A stretch of DNA of 64,000 bases from Actinomycetota bacterium (GTDB lineage: Bacteria > Actinomycetota > Acidimicrobiia > Acidimicrobiales > JAFATL01). Positions 48,252-58,085 of the stretch are shown piece after piece (the stretch's first letter is position 1; each line of letters starts with the position of its first letter). The notes beneath the pieces are model-generated. The model was given only the letters and a program-made list of their open reading frames with translations, was not told the origin of the DNA and ran no database searches. The stretch lies in the NCBI GenBank assembly GCA_041166085.1, contig JBEEFP010000056.1:48449-112448 (forward strand), read 5' to 3'. Both the position numbers and the translations under genes were made by a program.

Positions 48252-50536
48252 ATCTTTTCCGCCACGTTCCGGAAGGAGTTTGCGCGGGCATGCTGCCAGC
48301 CCGCAACGCGGAGTCGAGCCTGGTTCACCTCGTCACGCAACAGCGTGTCGGCGACGTCGGAAAGGTCCGACGCGCTCACGTCCCTCGAAACAGGCACGAT
48401 TGCGTCGGCCGGAAGGTCGGCCGTCCAACCTGTCGCAGTGGCAATGGTGGGTACGCCATGGGCCAGGCAGTCGGCAACGGCAGCCGATGCCTCTCCGCCC
48501 CACGAGGCGCGGAGTTGAACGGCCACCGTGGCGCGGGCGAGCCAGTCGTGATATTCCTCGCTCGTCACGCGCCCCGTCACGTGTACACGAGCATGCACAT
48601 CGAGCTCGGCAGCGCGGCTCCGATACTCATCCTGCACGACGGGTGGCATCGGGCCCACGATCGCCAAGTGGAGAGTCGGATGCGCGGCTGCCAGCAGCCC
48701 GAACGCCTCCAGCACCTTCGGGGTTTGTTTGATCGGGTCGGCGACGCCGAACGTCGCGATGAGCGGCGGCCCGTCGCTGCGACCGCGGGCGCTCACGGGG
48801 GGAAACGCGAACGGGATGGTTTCGACTTTGGCAGCATGCGCCGGTCCTGCCTCGACGCGCGCCAGCGCACTGGCGGCATGGGAATGTGTGAAGAAGGCGG
48901 TTGCGTCCTCGATGACACGTCCGGCCATGAAGATCTCGTGTTGATCGGCTTCTCGGTAGTCGAGGAAGGCTCTCGCTCCGAGCTCGGGAGGAAGGTCCTT
49001 CGGATGCACCTCGTGCAGAAAGGCTTGGAACCCACCGGGCACGAGCTCCGGGCGGTGCTGCGCACACCATGCGTACAGGCCCATGAGCCGCAGGTCGTGG
49101 GCGAGCACCGGGCCGGGCCGGTGCCGCAGCAGCTCGAGGGCCCCCGCATGTGAGGTCTGGTTACCGATGCAATACAGGTAGCGGTCGAAGCCGTTCCGGA
49201 GCGCCTCCACCCTGTCGAAGTCAACGATGCTGTGCACGGCGAGGCCATCGGTGAACTGGCGCGACTCCTGCTCGGAGTCTTCGACGAAGACGTCGACGTC
49301 GCACCAGTGCCGTATGTGCTGCAGGAGCGCGGCGGTGTAGTCAGCGACACCGGACGGCGTCGGCGGCAGCGGCGAAACGACAGCGAGACGTGGCCGGCGC
49401 GGCCGTCGTCGTACGGGCCGACGGAGAACCTGCTCATAGGCGTCGACGGTCGCGGCTGCGACGCCCTTCCAGCTGTGCCCCAGCGGTCGCTCCCTCCGGC
49501 GGAGCCGGTCGAGCCGTGCGGGATCCTCGAGGGCGGCCTGCATCGCGGCTGAGATCGAGCCGGGATCAGTGGGGTCGAACAACGCCTCGTCGCAATCGAT
49601 CATCTCCACCAGCGAAGACGACCGCGAACAGACAACCGCTGCGCCGCTCGCCAAGGCCTCGGCGACGGGCAACCCGTAGCCCTCGTACAACGACGGGAAC
49701 ACGAAGAGCTCGGAGGCCTGATAGAGCCGCAGCAAGTCGACGTCCGACACCCGCCCGGTGAACACGACCTGATCCGTGATGCCGAGGGCGTCCAAGTTCT
49801 CCTCGAATCGGATCAGATGCTCGTCACCAACTGAGCACACGACGACCAGCTGATGCGCTGCCCTCAGACGGAGAGGGAGTCGCGCGTACGCCGAGATCAA
49901 GCCATGGATGTTCTTCCGCCAGTCGACACCGCCGGTGTAGAGCAAAAAGCCGGCTCGCACACTCGGAAGGGACCGTGCCAGCTCTGCCCGGGTCGCGTCC
50001 ATTGACACCGGCGGTGCAAAGAGGGGTCCAGGCGCAGCCCCGACGACGTCCACCTGGCGGGGGCGTAGGCCGAGCACATCGACGGCGTCGCGGGCGCTCG
50101 CCTCCGAAATGGTCAGGACCTTGTCGGCGCGTCGAACGATCTCCAGTCGGCTGCGGTAGTGCGCTCGCACCAGTGCCGAGCCCTGATAGTGCTCCGGGAA
50201 CAGCAGTGGGATCAGGTCGTAGAGCGTCACGACCAACCGACACCCGGACCGCGCCCACAGCGGCCAGATCTGTTCAAGGGGAAGGCCGAGCTCGAACGGC
50301 GACGTGACGTGGAAGACGTCGACACCTGCCGGCCGGCTCGAATCGCGGACGAGAGTGCCACCCTGGAGCTCTGCGACCCGGGCCGGCACCTCGAGGTTCG
50401 GGTTGAGCAGGAAGTGCGAGACGGCGTCGCCCCGATGGTCTTGCAGCGCGCGAGCCAGGTCGAAGACATAGCGAGCAATGCCCCGCTCGCTGTGTTGCAC
50501 ACTCTGGATCGGCTGTAGGTCGAAGGCGACAGTCAC
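48161..50536 (-). CDS. Tandem GT4-GT4 glycosyltransferase (WbdA-like), paralogue of 45894..48251
   Basis: FDLQPIQS...ERGIARYV, LYDLIP, EGYGLPVAEA, LAVVSPLPPTPSGVADY, VQLR....GEASA. Confidence 0.85.
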   Translation of the reverse strand: MTVAFDLQPIQSVQHSERGIARYVFDLARALQDHRGDAVSHFLLNPNLEVPARVAELQGGTLVRDSSRPAGVDVFHVTSPFELGLPLEQIWPLWARSGCRLVVTLYDLIPLLFPEHYQGSALVRAHYRSRLEIVRRADKVLTISEASARDAVDVLGLRPRQVDVVGAAPGPLFAPPVSMDATRAELARSLPSVRAGFLLYTGGVDWRKNIHGLISAYARLPLRLRAAHQLVVVCSVGDEHLIRFEENLDALGITDQVVFTGRVSDVDLLRLYQASELFVFPSLYEGYGLPVAEALASGAAVVCSRSSSLVEMIDCDEALFDPTDPGSISAAMQAALEDPARLDRLRRRERPLGHSWKGVAAATVDAYEQVLRRPVRRRPRRPRLAVVSPLPPTPSGVADYTAALLQHIRHWCDVDVFVEDSEQESRQFTDGLAVHSIVDFDRVEALRNGFDRYLYCIGNQTSHAGALELLRHRPGPVLAHDLRLMGLYAWCAQHRPELVPGGFQAFLHEVHPKDLPPELGARAFLDYREADQHEIFMAGRVIEDATAFFTHSHAASALARVEAGPAHAAKVETIPFAFPPVSARGRSDGPPLIATFGVADPIKQTPKVLEAFGLLAAAHPTLHLAIVGPMPPVVQDEYRSRAAELDVHARVHVTGRVTSEEYHDWLARATVAVQLRASWGGEASAAVADCLAHGVPTIATATGWTADLPADAIVPVSRDVSASDLSDVADTLLRDEVNQARLRVAGWQHARANSFRNVAEKIYRRVVLEGAGLLAVRTTASRTLAANAAVE

Positions 50537-50537
50537 G

Positions 50538-51551
50538 TCAGTCGATGCGGCGCGCGGCGATCATCGCGGTCATCTCGGTGTCGTCGAACACTCGATCGGC
50601 CGTGGTCCACGTGATCGCATCGAGCCGGCGGAGGAGCCGCCGATCGAAGACCTCCCAACCCCCAACAAGCTGCGCCAAACCCGCATCGTCGTAAACCCGC
50701 TGGAACTCATCGACCGCGGCGCGGCCGTATGGCACCGTGAGCACGAGGAGTCCGCCGGGACGCGTCAGCTCTCTCATCCGCTGCATGGCCACACGATCAG
50801 CATCGGCATCTGCGGGAGTGCCGCCGTAAGCCGGGAGTCCGATGTGCTCGACGGTCGAGAGGCACACGACGGCGTCGAACAGCTCGTCAACCTCCAAGTC
50901 CTGTATGGCGCCGACGACGACCTGCAGCTGCGGGTGCGGCAGGGGATATGGGCGAGGGTCGACGGCAGTCACGCGGTGGCCGAGCGACGCGAGGCTGAGC
51001 GACACCAGGCTTTCTGCGGCGCCGACGTCGAGCACGCGACTTCCGGCCGGCAGCTGCCCAAGCATCCCGAAGACGTATGGAACCTCGGCGATGCGCTCGT
51101 TGACACCAAGTACCCGGACGTCGCTCGGTTCGTAGCCGAGCCATACCGGTGGGTTGAAGAACAGGCCTCGTTGCGCAGCGAAGCCCATCGGCGTCTCCGC
51201 GTAGCTGAGGACAGCGGCGATCGCCTCGTCCAGATCCTCCACGTTGCCCTCAGCCAAGCGCCTGACGTGTTCAGGGACCCCAAGTCCAATGGCTTCGGTC
51301 GCGGCGAGGATGTCGGCCAAATAGGTTCCCATGACCTTCGTGGTCTCGGTGGAGATCTCGATGTCGTGGCTCAGCATGTCGGTGAGGCGATCGTTCCGCG
51401 CAATGAGCTCGTTCTCGGCGCGGACGATCTCTTTCCTCGCCACCGCGAGCTCATCGAGGGTGCTGTCCAGCCGGGCCTGGACGCTCTGGAAGCGCGGGTT
51501 GAAGTACCTACGCAGCGGCAGGGATAGAGCAGAGGCAACGCGGCGGAGCAT
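50538..51551 (-). CDS. Coiled-coil + SAM-dependent methyltransferase (DUF268-like)
   Basis: NERIAEVPY, VLDVGAAES, FDAVVCLSTVEHIGL, PGGLLVLTVPYG; start 51551 or 51560. Confidence 0.8.
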   Translation of the reverse strand: MLRRVASALSLPLRRYFNPRFQSVQARLDSTLDELAVARKEIVRAENELIARNDRLTDMLSHDIEISTETTKVMGTYLADILAATEAIGLGVPEHVRRLAEGNVEDLDEAIAAVLSYAETPMGFAAQRGLFFNPPVWLGYEPSDVRVLGVNERIAEVPYVFGMLGQLPAGSRVLDVGAAESLVSLSLASLGHRVTAVDPRPYPLPHPQLQVVVGAIQDLEVDELFDAVVCLSTVEHIGLPAYGGTPADADADRVAMQRMRELTRPGGLLVLTVPYGRAAVDEFQRVYDDAGLAQLVGGWEVFDRRLLRRLDAITWTTADRVFDDTEMTAMIAARRID

Positions 51552-51589
51552 CGTTCGCACGGGGTCACGGTAGCGGCCACCCTCCCCGC

Positions 51590-53416
51590 TCACTCGAACT
51601 CGAGCAGCCGCTTCTTGACTCGGGCCGCTGCGTACTCCCAAGTGTGGCGCGACTGCACCTCACTTGCGGCGGCCAACCCTTTGGCTCGTGCTTCTTCCGG
51701 GTGCTCGAAGACGTGCCGCATCAGATGGCGCAGGTGCTCGCTGTCGGGATCAGCCCACGCGAACCCCTCGTAATAGGGGCACTTCGCCTCCGCCGCTACC
51801 AGCGGACGCGTCTGCAAGGGATAACCGATCCCATCGTGGAGGAAGTCGCTCGGTCCGCTCCAGTCAGTGGCGATGGTCGGAAGGCCCGATGCCATCGCCT
51901 CGAGCACCGGCATCCCGAACCCTTCGCCCCGGGTGGGGAGGACGAAGCAATCGGCGGAGCGGTAGAGGCTTCCCATCTGGTAGTCGGCGAACTCGGGGTT
52001 CACCATCACCGCGATCGGCGCTCCGTTCGGGAGCGCCAGCTTGGCGATCTCGTGCTCCACGTCGATGAAAGGATCGCGGTTGAACACGGAGAGCAGGAGC
52101 ATCACGTCCTCGCTCTCCTTGAACTCCTCCGCGAACGCCTTCAACAGCACCTCCGGGGCCTTCCGCTCGCCCCATTCGAAGACGGACAGGAACACGAACC
52201 GCTCGGACGGACGAAAGCCCCGGATCTCGGGATGGAAGTAGTCCACATCCACGCCGAGGGGCATGACGCGAATCGGCACCGTGACGCCGCTGTTGCGGAA
52301 TGTCTCGACATTGAAGCTGGCCGGGACCCAGATCTCATCCATGCCGTTGCAGCCGTCGACCCAGTCCTGGGGCAGGCCTGTGACCTCGAGCATGGTCCAA
52401 CCGATGCGACGACGACCCACCACCCTCGGGAACGCATCGGCTTGGCAGTACGCCAGCTGCGTGACCGCCGGATCGACCTGCCGCTTCATGATGTCGGCGA
52501 TGAGATGGTGGCTGACGGGCTCGTCGACTTCGCCGTAGGCGTTGCGGTACGCGAGGCGGACGCCATCGAAGTGCAATGCCTGCATCATCTTCCGCGAATG
52601 CAGCGCGTACCCGAGGGGACGGTGCACGACCGAATGCCAGACCGCCTCCGCGTCATAGCGCTCGTGCTCGAGCCAGTCGCCCCACTTCCGGTGGAAGACC
52701 TTCCGCGACTTCTCGTAGATGGACCAGAAGTCGACCTTGTTCTCTCGGGTGCTGGTGTTGTGGTGGTGGGTGGGACTCACGCCTCCCGCATACATGACCT
52801 TGAAACCAGCGCGAGTAGCGCGAAGGCAGTACTCAGTGTCCTCGAAGTACGCGAACAGATCCTCGTCGAGAACACCGATGGCTGTGATGCAATCTCGGCG
52901 GAGATAGGCGACGGCGAAGACCACACATTCGGCCGGTCGATCGCGGATCGCTTGACGGATGTCGAGCTCCAGCCCACCCATCTGTTGTCCGTACAGCGAA
53001 ACAGGGGGCATGTAGCTGCCCAGGTGGTTGATTCGGCCGTCGCCATCGACCAACCGCGTGCCAACGACGCCCGTGCGCTCGTCGGCGTACGCAGCGTCCT
53101 GCAGGTCTCGCAGCCAGGCCGGGTCGTCCACCACGATGTCGTTGTTCATCAAGACGACGTCTTCGTCTGGATGGGTGACAGCGATGCCCTGGTTGCAACC
53201 CCGAGTGAATCCGAGGTTTCGTTCGTTCTTGATGAGCGTGATCCAGTCGAGGCCTTCGAGGTACTCCGGCGTGCCGTCCGTGCTGCCGTTGTCGACGATG
53301 ACTACACGCCAGGCCGGGTGATCGGTGACGCCGCGGAGGACGTCCAGGCACTGGCGCGTATAGGCAAGCGCGTTCCAGGTCAAGATCACGACGGCGATCG
53401 GCCGACGTTCCGTCAC
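51590..53416 (-). CDS. GT2-GT4 bifunctional glycosyltransferase
   Basis: VDNGSTD, MNND, YFEDTEYC; then ERKAPE, PTRGEGFGMPVLEAM. Confidence 0.9.
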   Translation of the reverse strand: MTERRPIAVVILTWNALAYTRQCLDVLRGVTDHPAWRVVIVDNGSTDGTPEYLEGLDWITLIKNERNLGFTRGCNQGIAVTHPDEDVVLMNNDIVVDDPAWLRDLQDAAYADERTGVVGTRLVDGDGRINHLGSYMPPVSLYGQQMGGLELDIRQAIRDRPAECVVFAVAYLRRDCITAIGVLDEDLFAYFEDTEYCLRATRAGFKVMYAGGVSPTHHHNTSTRENKVDFWSIYEKSRKVFHRKWGDWLEHERYDAEAVWHSVVHRPLGYALHSRKMMQALHFDGVRLAYRNAYGEVDEPVSHHLIADIMKRQVDPAVTQLAYCQADAFPRVVGRRRIGWTMLEVTGLPQDWVDGCNGMDEIWVPASFNVETFRNSGVTVPIRVMPLGVDVDYFHPEIRGFRPSERFVFLSVFEWGERKAPEVLLKAFAEEFKESEDVMLLLSVFNRDPFIDVEHEIAKLALPNGAPIAVMVNPEFADYQMGSLYRSADCFVLPTRGEGFGMPVLEAMASGLPTIATDWSGPSDFLHDGIGYPLQTRPLVAAEAKCPYYEGFAWADPDSEHLRHLMRHVFEHPEEARAKGLAAASEVQSRHTWEYAAARVKKRLLEFE

Positions 53417-53853
53417 GCCGCACCGCCGGGCTGCCGGTCCCGCAGCTCGTCGAGCTCGTGCTGCAGCCTGTCGACGTCGCGCTCGTACCTGCTCCGCAAC
53501 GCTTCGAGCTCGGTCTCCATACGTTCGTGATGCATGCGCAGTCGCTCGACCAAGTCGAGGGTGGCGTGATTGAAACGAGTCTGCTGGTCAGCTACCGGCG
53601 CGATGTACCACCGCAATGCCCTCCGCACGATCCGTTTCGCGAAGCGCACCGATGGTCCGATGACGGGTCGACCGGAACCGGAGAAGAACTCGATCTCGAT
53701 CTTGGCCGGCTCGCGTAGCTTGGCGATGCCGAACTCCGAATCGCCCTCGGCGTGAACGAACACGGGCCCGCTCGCCGTCTTGGAGCGCGCCGCGCGCGAG
53801 AGCGCCGCTTCGACGCGCATCATCATGGTGGGGACATCGGACTCTCGTAGCAT
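53413..53853 (-). CDS. Coiled-coil protein of the glycan locus
   Basis: TGATG coupling to wzt; GPSVRFAKRIVRRALRWYIAPVADQQTRFN + heptads. Confidence 0.75.
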   Translation of the reverse strand: MLRESDVPTMMMRVEAALSRAARSKTASGPVFVHAEGDSEFGIAKLREPAKIEIEFFSGSGRPVIGPSVRFAKRIVRRALRWYIAPVADQQTRFNHATLDLVERLRMHHERMETELEALRSRYERDVDRLQHELDELRDRQPGGAA

Positions 53854-55076
53854 CACACCGGGACCGTGTCGGAAAGCTCCCACTCGCCGCCCATGTGGAC
53901 GTCGCCATACTCGACCGGCAGTTGCGGGTTTTCGAAGACCATGAAGGAGTAGCGCCGATCGTGGCAGTCGTAGACGCGCTTGCCGTGCTCGGGCTGGAGC
54001 GCGACCGAGACGACGTAGCTGCCCTTGAGCAGCGGCAGCCTCGGAATGGAGAACTCGATCACACCAGTCTTACCCAGGGTGAAGCTGATGCCGGCGTCGG
54101 CGGTGCTGTGGCCGTAGACGTGGCTGAGGTTGTCGGCCCGATAGATCTGGAGCACACACGCTGCGTCGGCGATCGGCTCTCGTGCGGTGTACTTGATCCT
54201 GAACGTCATTCGCTCGTCGGTGCGGAAGGCAGGCAGCTCCGTGCCGGTCTGATCCAACATCGACACTTCGACGATCTCGGCCTCCATCGAGCCGAACCGG
54301 TCTGCTGGTGCCGCCGCGCCGAGGTGCTCGGCCGTGCGGTGGACCTCAGTCAGGTACTCGGCCACGACGTCGTGGGCCTTGCCCATCCCTCGGATCTCGC
54401 CCTTGTCGAGCCAAATGGCATCGGTACACAGGCTGCGGATGCTGTCGAGGGCATGACTCACGAGCACGATCGTGCGTCCCTGCGAGCGAAACTCGGCGAT
54501 GCGCTCGTAGCACCGCATCTGAAACGCCTCGTCGCCGACGGAAAGGACCTCGTCGATCAGGAGGATGTCGGGCTCGACGCTGATGGCGACGGCGAACGCG
54601 AGGCGGGCGTACATACCTGACGAGTAGTTCTTCACCGGCATGTCCATGGAGTCGGCGATGCCGGCGAATTCGACGATGCCGTCGTAGCGCGCCTCGACGT
54701 CCTTCCGGCGCTGGCTCAGCAGTGATCCGGCGAGGAAGACGTTCTCCCGGCCGGTGAGCTCGGGATGGAAGCCGGTCCCGAGCTCGAGCAGCGACGACAT
54801 CGTTCCCACCGTCTGCAGCCGCCCCTGGTTCGGCGTGAGGATCCGCGCCATCACTTTCAACAGGGTGGACTTCCCGGAACCGTTGGATCCGATGATGCCG
54901 AGGGTGGAACCCTTCGGCACTTCGAAGCTCACGTCCTGCAGAGCCCAGAACTCCTCGAAGACGTTCCGGCGCGTAAGGAGGCGTTCCTTCAGGCTGTGCG
55001 AACGCTGGTGGTAGATGCGATAGCTCTTCCACACGTTCTCGCACCGAATGGCAACCGGATGCTGCGAGTCGCTCAC
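53853..55076 (-). CDS. wzt: ABC glycan exporter ATPase with C-terminal Wzt_C carbohydrate-binding domain
   Basis: FWALQDVSF, GSNGSGKST, ELGTGFHPELTGREN, YSSGMYARLAF, IDEVLSVGD, about 150-aa C-terminal extension. Confidence 0.93.
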   Translation of the reverse strand: MSDSQHPVAIRCENVWKSYRIYHQRSHSLKERLLTRRNVFEEFWALQDVSFEVPKGSTLGIIGSNGSGKSTLLKVMARILTPNQGRLQTVGTMSSLLELGTGFHPELTGRENVFLAGSLLSQRRKDVEARYDGIVEFAGIADSMDMPVKNYSSGMYARLAFAVAISVEPDILLIDEVLSVGDEAFQMRCYERIAEFRSQGRTIVLVSHALDSIRSLCTDAIWLDKGEIRGMGKAHDVVAEYLTEVHRTAEHLGAAAPADRFGSMEAEIVEVSMLDQTGTELPAFRTDERMTFRIKYTAREPIADAACVLQIYRADNLSHVYGHSTADAGISFTLGKTGVIEFSIPRLPLLKGSYVVSVALQPEHGKRVYDCHDRRYSFMVFENPQLPVEYGDVHMGGEWELSDTVPV

Positions 55077-55930
55077 ACGATCTCCGAGAACAAGCGCTGC
55101 TGGCGATGGAACACGTAGCCCCCAAGGGCCAGCATGACGACGGCAAAGGCCGACGAGTACGCCAGCAGGCCGAGGGGCACCGGGCGGTCGAGGATGAGGG
55201 CGTTGCGGAAGGCCACGATCGGCCCGGTCATGGGGTTGAGCTCGAGGAGATGGGCGAACGTCGGCCGGTCCTTCACGTAGCTCAACGAGTAGATGATCGG
55301 GGTTCCCCAGAACCACATCTGCATGAAGATGCCGACGAAGTGGGCGACGTCCCTGTAGAACACGTTGACCGCGGCGAGGAACATTCCCAGCCCGTACGCG
55401 AACGTCGCGACGATGAGCACGATCAGGGGAAGCCACAGAACCTGCACGCCCGGCACGCCCACGAACACCAGCGCGGCGAGCAGCAGCACGATGAGCTCGA
55501 ACCCGAAGGTCACCAGGCTCGACAGGACCGCCGTCAGCGGCAGGATGGCCCGAGGGAAGTACACCTTCCGCAGGAGATAGCCCGCTCCGACGATGCTGCT
55601 GGTAGCCGCGCCGACGGAGTTGTTGAACAGGTTCCACAAGGTCAGCCCACAGAAGAAGAACACGGCAAAGGGCACGTCCTTCGCGTCCGGCACTGGCGAG
55701 GCGTGGAGGATGAACTTGAAGATGCAGTAGTAGAGGCCCACGAGCAACAAGGGCGTCGTCAGGGACCAAAGCATCCCGAGCACGGTGCCGCGGTGCCGCA
55801 CCTTCAGATCGCGGCGGACCAGGTTCACGACCAGCTCGCGTGCGTTGACGACGTCCCGGACGCCCGACCGCGCTCGCTCGAGGAGTCCCGGCGGGGTGGA
55901 CGTTTCCGGCGCGGTTGTGAGAGATCGCAC
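55073..55930 (-). CDS. wzm: ABC-2 glycan exporter permease
   Basis: RDLKVRHRGTVLGMLWS, KVYFPR, YRDV, TPIIY, LNPMT; start approximate. Confidence 0.93.
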   Translation of the reverse strand: MRSLTTAPETSTPPGLLERARSGVRDVVNARELVVNLVRRDLKVRHRGTVLGMLWSLTTPLLLVGLYYCIFKFILHASPVPDAKDVPFAVFFFCGLTLWNLFNNSVGAATSSIVGAGYLLRKVYFPRAILPLTAVLSSLVTFGFELIVLLLAALVFVGVPGVQVLWLPLIVLIVATFAYGLGMFLAAVNVFYRDVAHFVGIFMQMWFWGTPIIYSLSYVKDRPTFAHLLELNPMTGPIVAFRNALILDRPVPLGLLAYSSAFAVVMLALGGYVFHRQQRLFSEIV

Positions 55931-56051
55931 CGACACGCTGCCCGACCCTACCAAACAGGCGGTCCCAAACGCCGCTCCCGGCGCGCGAGTATGGAGCCCC
56001 TGGGAGCGCCGCGGCGCCCTCGGAAATGGCGGACTCCGAAAGGCAACCCCG

Positions 56052-58085
56052 ATGCCGATCCACACGAACTCGCCTCCATCGCGCCTTCGCAGATTCAGCC
56101 CTCGCCTCTTGGCGTTGCTCATCGCGGCCACCCTCCTGGGCGCAGGCTTCGCCCTGGTACCCCTTCCTTCGATCGCGACCGTGCCGACGATGCACGTCGA
56201 CCACGAGGTGCCCGTGTTCGGCACGGGAACCCGGGCAGGCCGGGCCATCGCCGGACACGAGCGGGCCGATTCGTTCCGACTGATCGGACTGACCTGGACG
56301 GGTGAGCCAGGCCCGGTCCGGCTCAGGGTGCACCGCGCCGACGGTTGGGGACCGTGGGAGACGTTCGAGGGCCACTTGGACGACGCGCCCGATCCGGGCT
56401 CGCACGAGGCCGCCCACGGACAACAGAACGGCACCGGTCCCCTCTGGGTCGGCAACGCTGACGGCTATCAGATCGACACGCCGGCCGGATCGGCGCCGGC
56501 GGTGCACCTGGTCCGTAACGGCCGCAGCCGTGTCCGCGTCTCAGCTGCCGGCTCGAAGGCAAACGCAGCGGTCACACCCCCGCCGATCAACGGTCGAGGG
56601 GCGTGGGGTGCCCGTGCACCCAAGACCACGCCGACGATCGCCCCATCGCTCAAGGTCGGGTTCGTGCACCACACCGCAGGCACGAACGACTATTCGGCGG
56701 ACGACGTGCCGTCCATCCTGCGCGGCATCCAGGCGTTCCACATGGACACCAATGGTTGGGACGACATCGGGTACAACTTCCTCGTCGACAAGTTCGGTCG
56801 TATCTGGGAGGGCCGGGCCGGTGGGATCGACAAGGCGGTCGTCGGCGCGCATGCCGAAGGATTCAACAAGGGATCGACGGGCGTGGCCGTCATCGGGACG
56901 TTCACCACCGACCCGCCGACGCCGGACGCAGTCGGCGCCGTATCGACGATCCTCGGATGGAAGCTTCCGCTCCACGGGGTAGACCCGTCGGGGACGAGCC
57001 AGATGACGTCCGGCGGCAGCGACAAATGGCCGGCGGGAACCGTCGTCACCCTCAACAATGTCGCCGGCCACCGCGACGCGCAGAGCACCACGTGTCCGGG
57101 CCAGTTCCTGTACGACAAGCTGCCACAGATCCGGACGGCGGCGACCCTCCAGGGCGCGGCTGTGACGGCCTATCCCGGCTTCACTGGCGGGGCCTACGTC
57201 GCCGCCGGGCAGCTCGACGGGGACAGCGCCGACGAGATCGTGACCGGCGCTGACGCCGGCGGGGGTCCGCACGTCCGGACATTCGACCCGAACGGCATCG
57301 CCCGCGGCGGGTTCTTTGCCTACGACGGAGGCTTCCGCGGCGGCGTACGCGTGGCCGCAGGCCAACTCGACGTCAATCCCGTCGATGCGGTCCAGGAGAT
57401 CGTCACCGGCGCCGGCCCCGGGGGTGGTCCGCACGTGCGGACCTTCCGTGAAGACGGGACGCCGCTCGGTTCCTTCTTTGCCTATGACGCCGGCTTCCAC
57501 GGCGGTGTCTATGTCGCGGCCGGCAACGTCGACGGCATCCCCGGGGACGAGATCATCACGGGCGCGGGGGCCGGAGGCGGGCCGCACGTGCGGGTGTTCA
57601 ACTCGTTTGGAACCCCGATCGGAGGGTTCTTCGCCTATTCGGCGGGCTTCACCGGGGGCGTGCGGGTCGCCACCGCCGACGTCGACGGCGACGGGGTGGA
57701 CGAGATCATCACAGGGGCGGGACCCGGGGGCGGGCCGCACGTCCGCGCCTTCAAGCTCGACGGCACCGTTGTCGCCAACTTCTTCGCGTACGACGCGAAC
57801 TTCTCCCGTGGCGTCTACGTCGGCGGCGTGACTGCGTCCACCGGACCCGATGGCATCCTGACAGGTGCGGGGGAAGGTGGCGGGCCGCACGTCCGCGTGT
57901 TCTCCGCCAATGGCAGTATCCGGTCCGAGTTCTTCACGTCGGCACCCGACGATGTCTCCGGCGTTCGCCTGAGCGGCGGCAACTTCGACGGCACCGGTCC
58001 CGGCGAGATCGCCACGACGAGCGGACCTCGCGGACTGCCCGTCGTCAAACTGAAGCGCCAGAACGGCGCGCTGCTGCTCGTCTGA
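56052..58085 (+). CDS. Secreted N-acetylmuramoyl-L-alanine amidase (Amidase_2/PGRP) with C-terminal GGGPHV repeat domain
   Basis: Signal peptide; VHHTAG, GWDDIGYNFLVD, EGRAGG, GAHAEGFN, GHRD...TCPG. Confidence 0.92.
   Translation: MPIHTNSPPSRLRRFSPRLLALLIAATLLGAGFALVPLPSIATVPTMHVDHEVPVFGTGTRAGRAIAGHERADSFRLIGLTWTGEPGPVRLRVHRADGWGPWETFEGHLDDAPDPGSHEAAHGQQNGTGPLWVGNADGYQIDTPAGSAPAVHLVRNGRSRVRVSAAGSKANAAVTPPPINGRGAWGARAPKTTPTIAPSLKVGFVHHTAGTNDYSADDVPSILRGIQAFHMDTNGWDDIGYNFLVDKFGRIWEGRAGGIDKAVVGAHAEGFNKGSTGVAVIGTFTTDPPTPDAVGAVSTILGWKLPLHGVDPSGTSQMTSGGSDKWPAGTVVTLNNVAGHRDAQSTTCPGQFLYDKLPQIRTAATLQGAAVTAYPGFTGGAYVAAGQLDGDSADEIVTGADAGGGPHVRTFDPNGIARGGFFAYDGGFRGGVRVAAGQLDVNPVDAVQEIVTGAGPGGGPHVRTFREDGTPLGSFFAYDAGFHGGVYVAAGNVDGIPGDEIITGAGAGGGPHVRVFNSFGTPIGGFFAYSAGFTGGVRVATADVDGDGVDEIITGAGPGGGPHVRAFKLDGTVVANFFAYDANFSRGVYVGGVTASTGPDGILTGAGEGGGPHVRVFSANGSIRSEFFTSAPDDVSGVRLSGGNFDGTGPGEIATTSGPRGLPVVKLKRQNGALLLV

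Noticed and set aside
56030-56062. GCCGATCC as a sigma28 -10 element for the amidase
   Set aside because: No matching -35 at 15-16 nt spacing, and it overlaps the likely start codon
53853-56507. 884-aa ORF as a single Wzm-Wzt fusion
   Set aside because: The upstream part is an off-frame reading; wzt starts at GTG 55076 overlapping the wzm stop
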